From: Chitinophagales bacterium | Lineage (GTDB): Bacteria > Bacteroidota > Bacteroidia > Chitinophagales > LD1 | NCBI GenBank assembly: GCA_044226285.1 | Contig: JBGAHI010000009.1 | Span: 69,014 to 133,013 of the forward strand | Reading direction: 5' to 3' | Length of the DNA: 64,000 nucleotides | Translations under genes and position numbers: made by a program | The notes under the pieces: model-generated | Told to the model about the DNA's origin: nothing | Database searches by the model: none | The model's input: the letters and a program-made list of their open reading frames with translations, nothing else | Shown here: one piece after another, positions 17,629 to 26,274 of the stretch | How the letters are laid out: every line of letters starts with the position of its first letter | How positions within the stretch are numbered: position 1 is the stretch's first letter

Positions 17629-19224
17629 ATGAAAAAAAATCTAACACTTTTTATTCTGCTATTCATGAGTTCAATTATCCATGCGCAAAACATGGTTTAT
17701 CTGGATACAAATAATATTCGTGCTGGGTTTTATCCGGGCGGAGTACTTTTTGCAAAGGCAAAGAATGACACTCTTATAGGACTGCCAGCTTATGAGGTGC
17801 CTAAAGGTGATGGACTATCTATTGGGGTACACGCTATAGAAAGCAATTCATTTTGGTTAAGCGGACTTGATCAGAATAATAATTTGGTTGGAGCCGCAAC
17901 TATTCTATCAACTGTGGCCGATTGGTCTGCAGGTCCAATTTCAAATGTCTATGACGCACAATATGATTCATTGTACAAACACGTTTTCAAAGTGTCCAAA
18001 GTTGATATTGATTATCATAGAAGTCATTATACTGTTCCCGGATATATAGTTCCTGATGCTATTAAAAAATGGCCCGGAAATGGGCGTGTAGCATTGGGTG
18101 AAGCCGCTCAGTTAGCACCGTTTGTTGATATTAATCATAATGGTATATATGAGCCAATATTGGGTGAATACCCAGATATCTTAGGCGATCAGGCCGTGTT
18201 ATTCTTTCTGAGCGATGTAAGAAATGCTTCAATTTCTTATTGCACAAATATGGGAGTGGAAATGCGAATAATGGGTTATGCGTTTCATAGTACAGATACT
18301 ATTTTGGATAATACGGTATTCTTAAACATAAAAGTATCCAATCGTTCTCAACGTGATTTGCATGATGTGTATTTTTCCAATGTAATGAATCCGCAAATTG
18401 GCTGTTATTCAGATGATGCAATAGGTTGTGACTCGGCTTCAAGTTCAAGTTTTGCGTATAATAGAAGAACCAACGATCCCAGTAGTTGCAATACAGGACA
18501 GTTAGGTTATGGTATAGGCTGGCCTTTCCAATTTAGTGCTTTTTTATGTCGTCAGATGACTAGCTCTTTGTATTTTGAAAGTGTTAACAGCCCTTCAGGT
18601 TTTCCAAGATCATGTCATGAATATCGAAATTATCAACTTGGTTTATTCCGAAATGGTACTCCAAACAAGTATGGTGGTAACGGATACAATGGAACCGGGC
18701 ATCAAACAAATTACTGTTTTTCAGATAGCGCTTGGATGGTCATGAATTCTTCAACATTCTTTAATACAACTTTTCACTCTATTTCAAGTGTTTTTCTAGA
18801 CACGTTAAAAGCGAATCAAAGCAAGGAAGTTGATATGGCCTTTATTTCTTCGTTTTGTAATGGAGGGTGTGGATATGAATATCCAACGAATGCATTGAAA
18901 GATGTATTGCATGTTCAAAACATTTTTCAGCAACAAATCAAATCATGCAGTAGTAATGTTACTGGAATAGCAGCTGGCAGCGAACCTCCATTTGCAGTAA
19001 ATCTTTTCCCTAATCCAACAAACGGAAAGGTGACCGTAAAATTACCTTACCTTATGAACGAAGTTCAACTTCAATTGATGAGTATTCATGGGCAAGAGAT
19101 TAAACAAATAAATACAACTTCTAGCGAAACAGTAATTAATTTATCGGGTCTGGCAAAAGGTATTTACCTACTTAAAGTTCAAAGTGGCCAAAATGCAACA
19201 GTGAGGAGAATTGTAGTTGAATAA
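17629..19224 (+). CDS. T9SS (type A C-terminal domain) secreted protein of unknown function, paralog 2
   Basis: 531 aa, collinear with paralog 1. Shared blocks include QNMxYLDxNN, FWLSGLD, AGPIS, WPGNGR, APFVDxNxNGIYEP, GxYPDIxGxQAV and HDVYFSN. Confidence 0.8.
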   Translation: MKKNLTLFILLFMSSIIHAQNMVYLDTNNIRAGFYPGGVLFAKAKNDTLIGLPAYEVPKGDGLSIGVHAIESNSFWLSGLDQNNNLVGAATILSTVADWSAGPISNVYDAQYDSLYKHVFKVSKVDIDYHRSHYTVPGYIVPDAIKKWPGNGRVALGEAAQLAPFVDINHNGIYEPILGEYPDILGDQAVLFFLSDVRNASISYCTNMGVEMRIMGYAFHSTDTILDNTVFLNIKVSNRSQRDLHDVYFSNVMNPQIGCYSDDAIGCDSASSSSFAYNRRTNDPSSCNTGQLGYGIGWPFQFSAFLCRQMTSSLYFESVNSPSGFPRSCHEYRNYQLGLFRNGTPNKYGGNGYNGTGHQTNYCFSDSAWMVMNSSTFFNTTFHSISSVFLDTLKANQSKEVDMAFISSFCNGGCGYEYPTNALKDVLHVQNIFQQQIKSCSSNVTGIAAGSEPPFAVNLFPNPTNGKVTVKLPYLMNEVQLQLMSIHGQEIKQINTTSSETVINLSGLAKGIYLLKVQSGQNATVRRIVVE

Positions 19225-19236
19225 CATACAGCGAAG

Positions 19237-19261
19237 ATTTCCGCACTTATCTTGCGGAAAT
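19237..19261 (+). terminator. Hairpin terminator after paralog 2
   Basis: ATTTCCGCA-CTTATCT-TGCGGAAAT, a perfect 9-bp stem 13 nt after the stop. Confidence 0.55.
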
Positions 19262-19283
19262 GGCGATTTTAATCCCCAACGTC

Positions 19284-19303
19284 ATGCCCGTTCATTCGGG
19301 CAT
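19284..19303 (-). terminator. Hairpin after kdsB
   Basis: ATGCCCG-TTCATT-CGGGCAT, a 7-bp stem 8 nt beyond the kdsB stop. No clear U-tract. Confidence 0.4.
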
Positions 19304-19310
19304 CTTCATT

Positions 19311-20051
19311 TTAAAGAAGCTTCAAAATATTGCCTAAGTCGGTTTCTACATCTACCGAGTAGCTTTCTTGTGTAGTTTCACCTAAATGAATGGTATAACC
19401 GTTTTCTAACCATCGTAATTGCTCTAGTTGCTCTGCCATCTCTAATGGACTGGGTAATAATTTTACCACATTTAAAAGCACATCTTTTTGAAAACCATAA
19501 ATGCCAATATGCTTAAAATAGGTATGCTGCTTGAGCCAGTTGTCAAAACAATCATTTCTGAAAAATGGAATGGCTGAACGACTGAAATAATGCGCTTTGC
19601 CACCGGTTGATACTACTTTTATTATAGTTGGGTTTTGTAGTAATGAAGTATCTTCAATTTTTTTCTGCAGAGTGGCAATTTGGACACCTTGTTGCATCAA
19701 TAATTTTGCTACTTGATTGATTTGCTCGGGATGAATACAAGGTTCATCGCCTTGAATATTAATGAAGGCATCTGCTTCTGCTTTAAATTGTTCAGCCACT
19801 TCAGCACAACGTTCAGTTCCGTTTTGATGGGTTGTTGCCGTCATCATTACTTTCCCGCCATGCTCCTCTACATGATTGAAAATGCGGTCATCATCTGTAG
19901 CCACAATTACATCAGTAAGTAGTGATGCTTTTTTTGCTTGTTCATAAACACGCATAATCATTGACTTTCCGGCAATATCAACCAATGGTTTGCCGGGAAA
20001 GCGTGTCGATGCAAATCGAGCAGGGATGATGCCAATAATCCTTAATCCCAT
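19311..20051 (-). CDS. kdsB: 3-deoxy-manno-octulosonate cytidylyltransferase (CMP-Kdo synthetase)
   Basis: 246 aa. The N-terminus IIPARFASTRFPGKPL and the motif NIQGDEP are typical of KdsB. Confidence 0.93.
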   Translation of the reverse strand: MGLRIIGIIPARFASTRFPGKPLVDIAGKSMIMRVYEQAKKASLLTDVIVATDDDRIFNHVEEHGGKVMMTATTHQNGTERCAEVAEQFKAEADAFINIQGDEPCIHPEQINQVAKLLMQQGVQIATLQKKIEDTSLLQNPTIIKVVSTGGKAHYFSRSAIPFFRNDCFDNWLKQHTYFKHIGIYGFQKDVLLNVVKLLPSPLEMAEQLEQLRWLENGYTIHLGETTQESYSVDVETDLGNILKLL

Positions 20052-21169
20052 ATTGCTTTTGCCATTTTAAGGATGTTCTCGTGATTCGAAAACGAATCGG
20101 CCAATTGTGCTTTTCGAGAGGCTATATCCTCTGCTGTAAATGTTTTTTGCATGAGGTCTTCTACTAACTCCAATTGTTTATGCGTATCGTTTTCAACTAT
20201 GCACAACGTGTCTAATCCTGTTTGTTCAACCATAGGTGAATTCACTAAGCAAAAACGCCCGCGGTGCAATACATTCAGCAGTTTTAGCTTGATGCCTGTA
20301 TTTTGAAATGTAACTAGAAAGTTAATTTGTGCGTTCTTAATCAAATCATACAAACTGTCATCCGATGGATTCATCACCAACGAAATATTCTTGTGTTTTT
20401 TGATTTCATCCACAATCAATTTGCTTGGATCTTTGCCTGCAATAATGATAGGGACATTTACTTTTGGTGCAATTTTCTTAGCAATATATAATGCCGCTTG
20501 TATGTTTTCCGGTACACTTAAATTACCGTGATACAAAATGTAATTGCCTCGACCTTCAATAGCTGTAAGCTTTTCATTCGGGTGGAATGCAGGTATGTAA
20601 TACGTGTTTTTGTAAGTGTCGGCCAAATAGGTGTAGTCGTTCTGACTAATCGTAAAGATGGTATCTGCATGTTGCAATTGCTCTTCAAATTTCTTCAAGC
20701 GCAACGATTCCATGTTGTAATAAAACTTAATCAAATAGTTGCGTTCAGCAGTTCCAAGCTTCTTATAATAATCCCATTCTACGTTGTGCATGCGCACTAC
20801 TTTCTTCTTGTTTTTCAAAGAAGGGTGTGATAAGTAAAAACAAGTGTGTAAACCTTCAAACAGCACCGGATAATCATCTTCCGCCAAAGTAGCCAACAAT
20901 TCGCCCGATTTTCGTGAACCTACAATGTAGGGTACTGATGAATAAATAGCTTGGTAGAATTTCTTGCGTTCGTAGTAGGTTACCGATTCACAAATCTTTT
21001 CCAACTCTGCACTTTTTTCTCGTCCGTAAGCAAAGCAATGTAAATGTACTTTCACGCCTATTTCAGTAAACGATTTGATTTTATAATACACATCAATGAC
21101 TCCACCATAATCGGCAGGGAACGGAATGTTGAATGAAACAATGTGAATGGATTTATCTGAAAAGCTCAT
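20042..21169 (-). CDS. Glycosyltransferase (GT-B fold, GT4-like), probable LPS core/surface glycan enzyme
   Basis: 375 aa counted from the ATG at 21169 (the track start at 21184 is also possible). It overlaps kdsB by 10 nt. Confidence 0.7.
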   Translation of the reverse strand: MSFSDKSIHIVSFNIPFPADYGGVIDVYYKIKSFTEIGVKVHLHCFAYGREKSAELEKICESVTYYERKKFYQAIYSSVPYIVGSRKSGELLATLAEDDYPVLFEGLHTCFYLSHPSLKNKKKVVRMHNVEWDYYKKLGTAERNYLIKFYYNMESLRLKKFEEQLQHADTIFTISQNDYTYLADTYKNTYYIPAFHPNEKLTAIEGRGNYILYHGNLSVPENIQAALYIAKKIAPKVNVPIIIAGKDPSKLIVDEIKKHKNISLVMNPSDDSLYDLIKNAQINFLVTFQNTGIKLKLLNVLHRGRFCLVNSPMVEQTGLDTLCIVENDTHKQLELVEDLMQKTFTAEDIASRKAQLADSFSNHENILKMAKAIWD

Positions 21170-22244
21170 GATAGTATTGAACAAGTTTAACGGATTCGTT
21201 TTCCCAAGTTAGTTCTTTCCTCAATGCTACGCAATTATTCCTGAGTTGGTTGTATAAATTAGCATTATTCAACAAACTGTCGATCGCATTTTGAATGGTT
21301 TCCTGTTTTAGATCGTCAATCACTACTCCAAAGGCATTAGGTTCGTTCAATGCAACAAACTCCGGGAAATTCATCATAATTTGAGGCACACCGGCTTGAA
21401 TATAATCGAACAATTTGTTGCTCAACGATAACCAATAGCTTAAGCTCTTATTCTCCGCAAAGTTAATGCCTATATAGGCTTGCCGAGTTTCTTTCCACAA
21501 TTCATCAGGCGAAACTTTGCCTTTAAACAAGACTTGTTTTTCTAATTCCAAACGGCTCACCATGGCTTGTAATTCCTGTTTTACATCTCCATCACCATAG
21601 AGGTGCAAAACGTAATCTTTCCCTTTACAAGCAGTTATCAATTGCTCTAGCCCGCGACCCGTGTTTAAAGCACCTTGATAAATAAGATGTTTTTCCGGTT
21701 TTTCAATGTCTGTCCATTCTCTTTCGAACGAAACGTTCCGAATGGTGTAGATAGGCTTACCGTAATGCTTTTCAAACTCATTGGCAATGCTTCCCGATAC
21801 AGTGTACACTAAATCACACTTCGGTAAGCATGTTTTCTCTACCCAAAGCCAAATCTTTTGTGTAAACGGACGTTCAATCACCTCAGGTACATATGGGAAA
21901 TATTCATGTGCATCGTAAATCAATTTTTCGCCTTTTAGTTTTGCAACAATTGTAACCGGAACAATCGTATCTAAATCAATGGCGCAAATCGCATCAGTAG
22001 CTTGAAAGAGAAGCCAGAACAACAAGCGAATGTTGTATTCCAAATAAAAGAATTTTCCTTTAGTGAAAAAACAATTCAGTCGTACTTGTTTGAATACTCT
22101 TTCTTTTAAAGGAAGCGAATCTGTTAGTACTCTGCCCACGAGTGTTGTGTTATAGCCGGCTTCTTGTAACGATGTGCAGATACGAATCATCCGTTGATCG
22201 GTATTCAAATCGTTGGTTACACAAAAGATAATTCGCTTAGACAT
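21153..22244 (-). CDS. Glycosyltransferase family 1/4 protein
   Basis: 363 aa with a GT-B architecture. Its ends overlap recQ (8 nt) and the next glycosyltransferase gene. Confidence 0.75.
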   Translation of the reverse strand: MSKRIIFCVTNDLNTDQRMIRICTSLQEAGYNTTLVGRVLTDSLPLKERVFKQVRLNCFFTKGKFFYLEYNIRLLFWLLFQATDAICAIDLDTIVPVTIVAKLKGEKLIYDAHEYFPYVPEVIERPFTQKIWLWVEKTCLPKCDLVYTVSGSIANEFEKHYGKPIYTIRNVSFEREWTDIEKPEKHLIYQGALNTGRGLEQLITACKGKDYVLHLYGDGDVKQELQAMVSRLELEKQVLFKGKVSPDELWKETRQAYIGINFAENKSLSYWLSLSNKLFDYIQAGVPQIMMNFPEFVALNEPNAFGVVIDDLKQETIQNAIDSLLNNANLYNQLRNNCVALRKELTWENESVKLVQYYHELFR

Positions 22245-24135
22245 TGTAATAGTTTCCGTCTTCCGTTTTATTGATTTTATTCATGCTCAATCCCCATTCC
22301 AATAATTGATTGGCTACTAAGGTAGAGGTTTTTAACGCATCTGCAATTTCTGTGATTTTCTTTGGAGTTTGAAGTAAATCAGTAAGTTGAGTGTAGAGCG
22401 CATCAAAATCAATTTTTTCAGACTTCTTGTTTTCTATACATACGTCACATACACCGCAAACGTTTTCGAATTTTTCCCCGAAATAGCTGGCAATCACTAC
22501 ACTTCTGCATAGCGTTTTCTGTAACACGTAATTATTGATAGCTTCAATACGCTCTATCATGGCATTACCGCGTTTGTGAATGAAATTGGCATCAAGGCCC
22601 ATGTCATCCATTGCCAATCGGTCTTTTAACAGTTTTATAATTGGCGTTTCATCGCTTTTCGAATAAAAAATGATGGACGAGTTTTTCAAGAAACTCATTT
22701 GTCGGTCGAAATCAGCTTTCGATAATTGCAGTTTTTGCCCCAACAAATGCTCGTTAATATTGATAGGCTGTTCGAAAATTCCCGGGCTGGTACGTAACAT
22801 TAACTTCACCAACGGCTCCACTTTTTTGTTGTTTTGCATGAACCGGGTAAGTGTTTCATTACTGACAATGATTTGGACTTTGGGTCGTTCAACAGTCGAT
22901 TCGTTATAGCTTATCAATTCGTGGTATTCCAGTATTTTGAGTGTGCTGATTACTTTGTTGAAAGAAAGATTATTCACTTTGCAAAATTGGCTTAAATCGA
23001 ACTCGAATTGCGCTCCGGCACCACCATTCACCGCTATTTGATGTGAACTCAATAAGGTGTCATAGATTTGTTTTACATCATTGCTATTCGGAATATCCGA
23101 TTGCTTCTTCTTTTCTAGTTGCGCTATATCATGCTTTTCGTAGAGGAGGACTGCATAAGCTTTTTGGCCATCTCTACCGCCCCGACCGGCTTCCTGATAA
23201 TAGGCTTCAATGCTATCAGGCGGAGCAAAGTGAATAACGGTGCGCACATCCGGCTTGTCAATGCCCATGCCAAATGCATTGGTAGATACTATGATTCTTG
23301 TTTTATTATTAGTCCATGCATCTTGTTTGTTTTTGCGATCGCTCATGCCCAATCCCGCATGATAGTGATCGGCTGAAATGCCCTGTTCACGAAGCCAGAA
23401 GGCTAAGTTTTGTGTTTCTTTTCGATTGCGAACATAAACAATGCCACTTCCAGGAACACGTTTTAAGATTTCAAGAATGGCTTCTTTTTTTGTTTCTGTT
23501 TCGCGATTGACATACACTAAATTCGGACGAGCAAACGACCCTTTAAAAACTGCTGGAGTATTTAATGCTAATCGAACTTGGATATCTTTCAATACTTCGT
23601 TTGTAGCCGATGCTGTGAGCGCAATAATTGGGACAGTTGGGCAAATTTCACGAATCGTGCTAATCTTCAAATAACTCGGACGAAAATCATATCCCCACTG
23701 CGAAATACAATGCGCCTCATCAATGGCAATGAGCGATATATTTAATTGTCTGATGCGTAATTGAAAGGCTTCCGATTGAATTCTTTCCGGGGCGATATAA
23801 AGCAATTTTACTCCTCCAAATTCGCAATTGTCGAGGATCTCAATTTGTTTAGTAGAACTGTGTTCACTATTGATGTAAGCAGCTTTAATGCCTCTTTTCT
23901 GTAAGTTCTCTACTTGGTCTTTCATCAAAGCAATCAGCGGTGAAATAACAATGCATAAACCATCCAATATCAGCGCAGGTACTTGAAAACATAAGGATTT
24001 TCCGCCACCGGTGGGCAACAGAACCACAGTGTCTTTTTTGTCTAGAACCGATTGAACAATCGCTCCTTGCAAAGGCCGAAAACTATTGTAGCCCCAGTAC
24101 TTTTTAAGTATGGATGTAGCTGTATTCAGTTCCAC
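22237..24135 (-). CDS. recQ: RecQ-family ATP-dependent DNA helicase
   Basis: 632 aa. The N-terminus is YWGYNSFRPLQGAIVQ, with Walker A TGGGKS, a DEAH box (DEAHCISQWGYDFRPSY) and a Zn-binding Cys cluster CGVCDVC. Confidence 0.92.
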   Translation of the reverse strand: MELNTATSILKKYWGYNSFRPLQGAIVQSVLDKKDTVVLLPTGGGKSLCFQVPALILDGLCIVISPLIALMKDQVENLQKRGIKAAYINSEHSSTKQIEILDNCEFGGVKLLYIAPERIQSEAFQLRIRQLNISLIAIDEAHCISQWGYDFRPSYLKISTIREICPTVPIIALTASATNEVLKDIQVRLALNTPAVFKGSFARPNLVYVNRETETKKEAILEILKRVPGSGIVYVRNRKETQNLAFWLREQGISADHYHAGLGMSDRKNKQDAWTNNKTRIIVSTNAFGMGIDKPDVRTVIHFAPPDSIEAYYQEAGRGGRDGQKAYAVLLYEKHDIAQLEKKKQSDIPNSNDVKQIYDTLLSSHQIAVNGGAGAQFEFDLSQFCKVNNLSFNKVISTLKILEYHELISYNESTVERPKVQIIVSNETLTRFMQNNKKVEPLVKLMLRTSPGIFEQPININEHLLGQKLQLSKADFDRQMSFLKNSSIIFYSKSDETPIIKLLKDRLAMDDMGLDANFIHKRGNAMIERIEAINNYVLQKTLCRSVVIASYFGEKFENVCGVCDVCIENKKSEKIDFDALYTQLTDLLQTPKKITEIADALKTSTLVANQLLEWGLSMNKINKTEDGNYYNV

Positions 24136-24171
24136 TGTTTATGGGGTTGATGATGAAATGAAGAACAGAAT

Positions 24172-24513
24172 TTACCCACCTCGTTTTTTTACTTTATAGC
24201 CTTTTTCTTGCAATAGATTCATCACCATGTCGCGCTTTTCGCCTTGAATGATAATCACACCGTCTTTTGAACTTCCCCCTACACCGCATTTTGTTTTCAG
24301 GAGCTTGCCTAAATCGTTTAAATCGTCAGCCGTTCCAATGAAATTGTCAATTACTGTAGCCATTTTATTGCCTTTCAAACGCTCTAACGAAACATACAAT
24401 AACTGCTGATTGGGCGACAGTGTTTCTTCATGTTCATTTTCACCCAAAGGTTTAAAATCCGGATTTGTGGAATAAACTATTGGTGAATTTCCTTTATTCT
24501 TATTAGATGACAT
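24172..24513 (-). CDS. SUI1/YciH-family translation initiation factor
   Basis: 113 aa. The C-terminal SUI1 fold sequence ...LKTKCGVGGSSKDGVIIIQGEKRD... is typical. Confidence 0.88.
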   Translation of the reverse strand: MSSNKNKGNSPIVYSTNPDFKPLGENEHEETLSPNQQLLYVSLERLKGNKMATVIDNFIGTADDLNDLGKLLKTKCGVGGSSKDGVIIIQGEKRDMVMNLLQEKGYKVKKRGG

Positions 24514-24539
24514 ATATTCGGTTTAATATCCAATCAATT

Positions 24540-25283
24540 ATGAGTCGAAAAATACTAGTCTTTTTGCTTTTTGTGGTATTTTCTTTTCAACCGGTTTTTT
24601 CGCAAGGACCGTTTGTTTTGAAAGGGGAGGTGGAAGCGCCTATTTTTATTGCTACATTTTCGATGTGGGGCGGTACTTATGGCGCAAAACAAAAGCAAGC
24701 ACTAAAAACTGTGGAATACATAAATAGCTTGAAACCGGGTCAAGTGAATAAATTTGATCGTTCTGCCATTCGAATGCGTTCCGGTGCTGCAGATATGATA
24801 AGTAATGGGTTACTATTTTCGTCATTTGCATTGCCATTTACCTTGTTGGGCGATAAAGCGATACGCAAAGATTTTGGCAAGATTGCGTTAATGGATGCCG
24901 AAGTAATAGCCCTGAATACAGCATTAACGAACCTGGTGAAAGAATTGGTGCAACGTCCACGCCCTTTGGTTTACAACCCCGAAATTCCAATTTACAAAAA
25001 GCGCGGTGCCGATAATTTTAAGTCGTTTTTTTCAGGACATACGTCAACCGTGGCGAGTCAATCGTTCTATTTTGCGTATGTGTTTACGGCCTATAATCCG
25101 AAGGATAAATTGCTGCCTTTAGTCTGGACTACAGCTGCTGTTATGCCATTAACTACCGGACTTATGCGTTATAAAGCAGGAAAGCATTTCTGGACCGATG
25201 TATTGATTGGATATGCTGTTGGAGCGCTTGTTGGCGTTGGTGTTCCGGCACTACATAGCACATCTTTGTGGAATAGACGATAG
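24540..25283 (+). CDS. PAP2-superfamily membrane phosphatase
   Basis: The ATG at 24540 gives MSRKILVFLLFVVF.... PAP2 motifs are KELVQRPRP, SFFSGHTS and RYKAGKHFWTDVLIG. Confidence 0.85.
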   Translation: MSRKILVFLLFVVFSFQPVFSQGPFVLKGEVEAPIFIATFSMWGGTYGAKQKQALKTVEYINSLKPGQVNKFDRSAIRMRSGAADMISNGLLFSSFALPFTLLGDKAIRKDFGKIALMDAEVIALNTALTNLVKELVQRPRPLVYNPEIPIYKKRGADNFKSFFSGHTSTVASQSFYFAYVFTAYNPKDKLLPLVWTTAAVMPLTTGLMRYKAGKHFWTDVLIGYAVGALVGVGVPALHSTSLWNRR

Positions 25284-25284
25284 T

Positions 25285-26265
25285 TTATTTTTTAATAAAT
25301 CGTTCATCGGTTAAGGCCCTTAAAAAGGCCTCTAAATCTTGTTTCTCCTGCTCTGTAAGACCCAATGGCTTTTGCAACAAAGTATCAATGTTAATTGGCT
25401 TTGCAATGGTTTTAAATGGATTGTCGTAATAGTCGATTACTTCACGCAGTGTTTTCATACTGCCATCGTGCATGTAGGGGCCGGTAACCGCAATATTTCT
25501 GAGACCGGGAACTTTAAACTTGCCTAAATCGTTGGAGTCTTTTGTGATTTCGAATCGTCCCCGATCTTTTCGTACAACTCCATCGTACAAACCAATATTT
25601 CTAAATTCATCTCCTGTAAAATCGGGTGTGAAATGGCAGTCGAAACATTTTGCTTTTGAACCCACAAACAGTACACGCCCTCGCTCTGCCGAAGCGCTCA
25701 TTTGTGTTTTTGTTTTATCGGTACGGTGATCGAAAAGTGTATTGTTAGTTTCCATACTGCGCTCGAAGGCTGCAATGGCAAGGGCTACATTTTCTTTTGT
25801 AGGCTTCTCTTTGTATACTTCGCGAAACCATTTACGGTACTGTTTGTTTTTGTTTAAACGTGCAACTGCAATGATGTACGACAAATTCATTTCATTGGCA
25901 TCTTCAATCGGGAAGTGAACTTGATCTTCCAAATCTTTAGCTCTTCCATCAAAGAATAACAAATCTCTACCAATCATATTCATTACAGCCGGTGCATTGC
26001 GTTTCCCTTTTTTGCCTCCAACGCCAACACTAAATGGAACATTATCGGCAAAACCGAATTCCGGTTTATGACACGAAGCACAACTGACGGTACTGTCTAA
26101 GGAAAGCGTTTTTTCGAAGAATAATTTTTCGCCCAATTGAACTTCTGTAAGCTTTGTTTTTTCTGAATCCGAAAATCCTAATGAAAAGCCAATGCATAGA
26201 CCAATAAAAGCTAGTGGTAAAGTGTATTTGAAAATTGGAATTTTATTATTGCTTCCATTTAGCAT
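25285..26265 (-). CDS. Di-heme cytochrome c peroxidase (CCP/MauG family)
   Basis: 326 aa with a signal anchor. It has two CXXCH motifs (CASCH, CFDCH) and conserved blocks RNAPAVMN, FFDGR and PGLRNIAVTGPYMHDG. Confidence 0.92.
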   Translation of the reverse strand: MLNGSNNKIPIFKYTLPLAFIGLCIGFSLGFSDSEKTKLTEVQLGEKLFFEKTLSLDSTVSCASCHKPEFGFADNVPFSVGVGGKKGKRNAPAVMNMIGRDLLFFDGRAKDLEDQVHFPIEDANEMNLSYIIAVARLNKNKQYRKWFREVYKEKPTKENVALAIAAFERSMETNNTLFDHRTDKTKTQMSASAERGRVLFVGSKAKCFDCHFTPDFTGDEFRNIGLYDGVVRKDRGRFEITKDSNDLGKFKVPGLRNIAVTGPYMHDGSMKTLREVIDYYDNPFKTIAKPINIDTLLQKPLGLTEQEKQDLEAFLRALTDERFIKK

Positions 26266-26274
26266 AATCGCTGC

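Noticed and set aside
25281-25287. Convergent genes with essentially no intergenic DNA (PAP2/CCP here, 1 nt apart; methyltransferase/T9SS protein overlapping at 46116..46119) as possible antisense regulation
   Set aside because: This is common in compact bacterial genomes and has no associated structure or motif. I treat it as gene packing.
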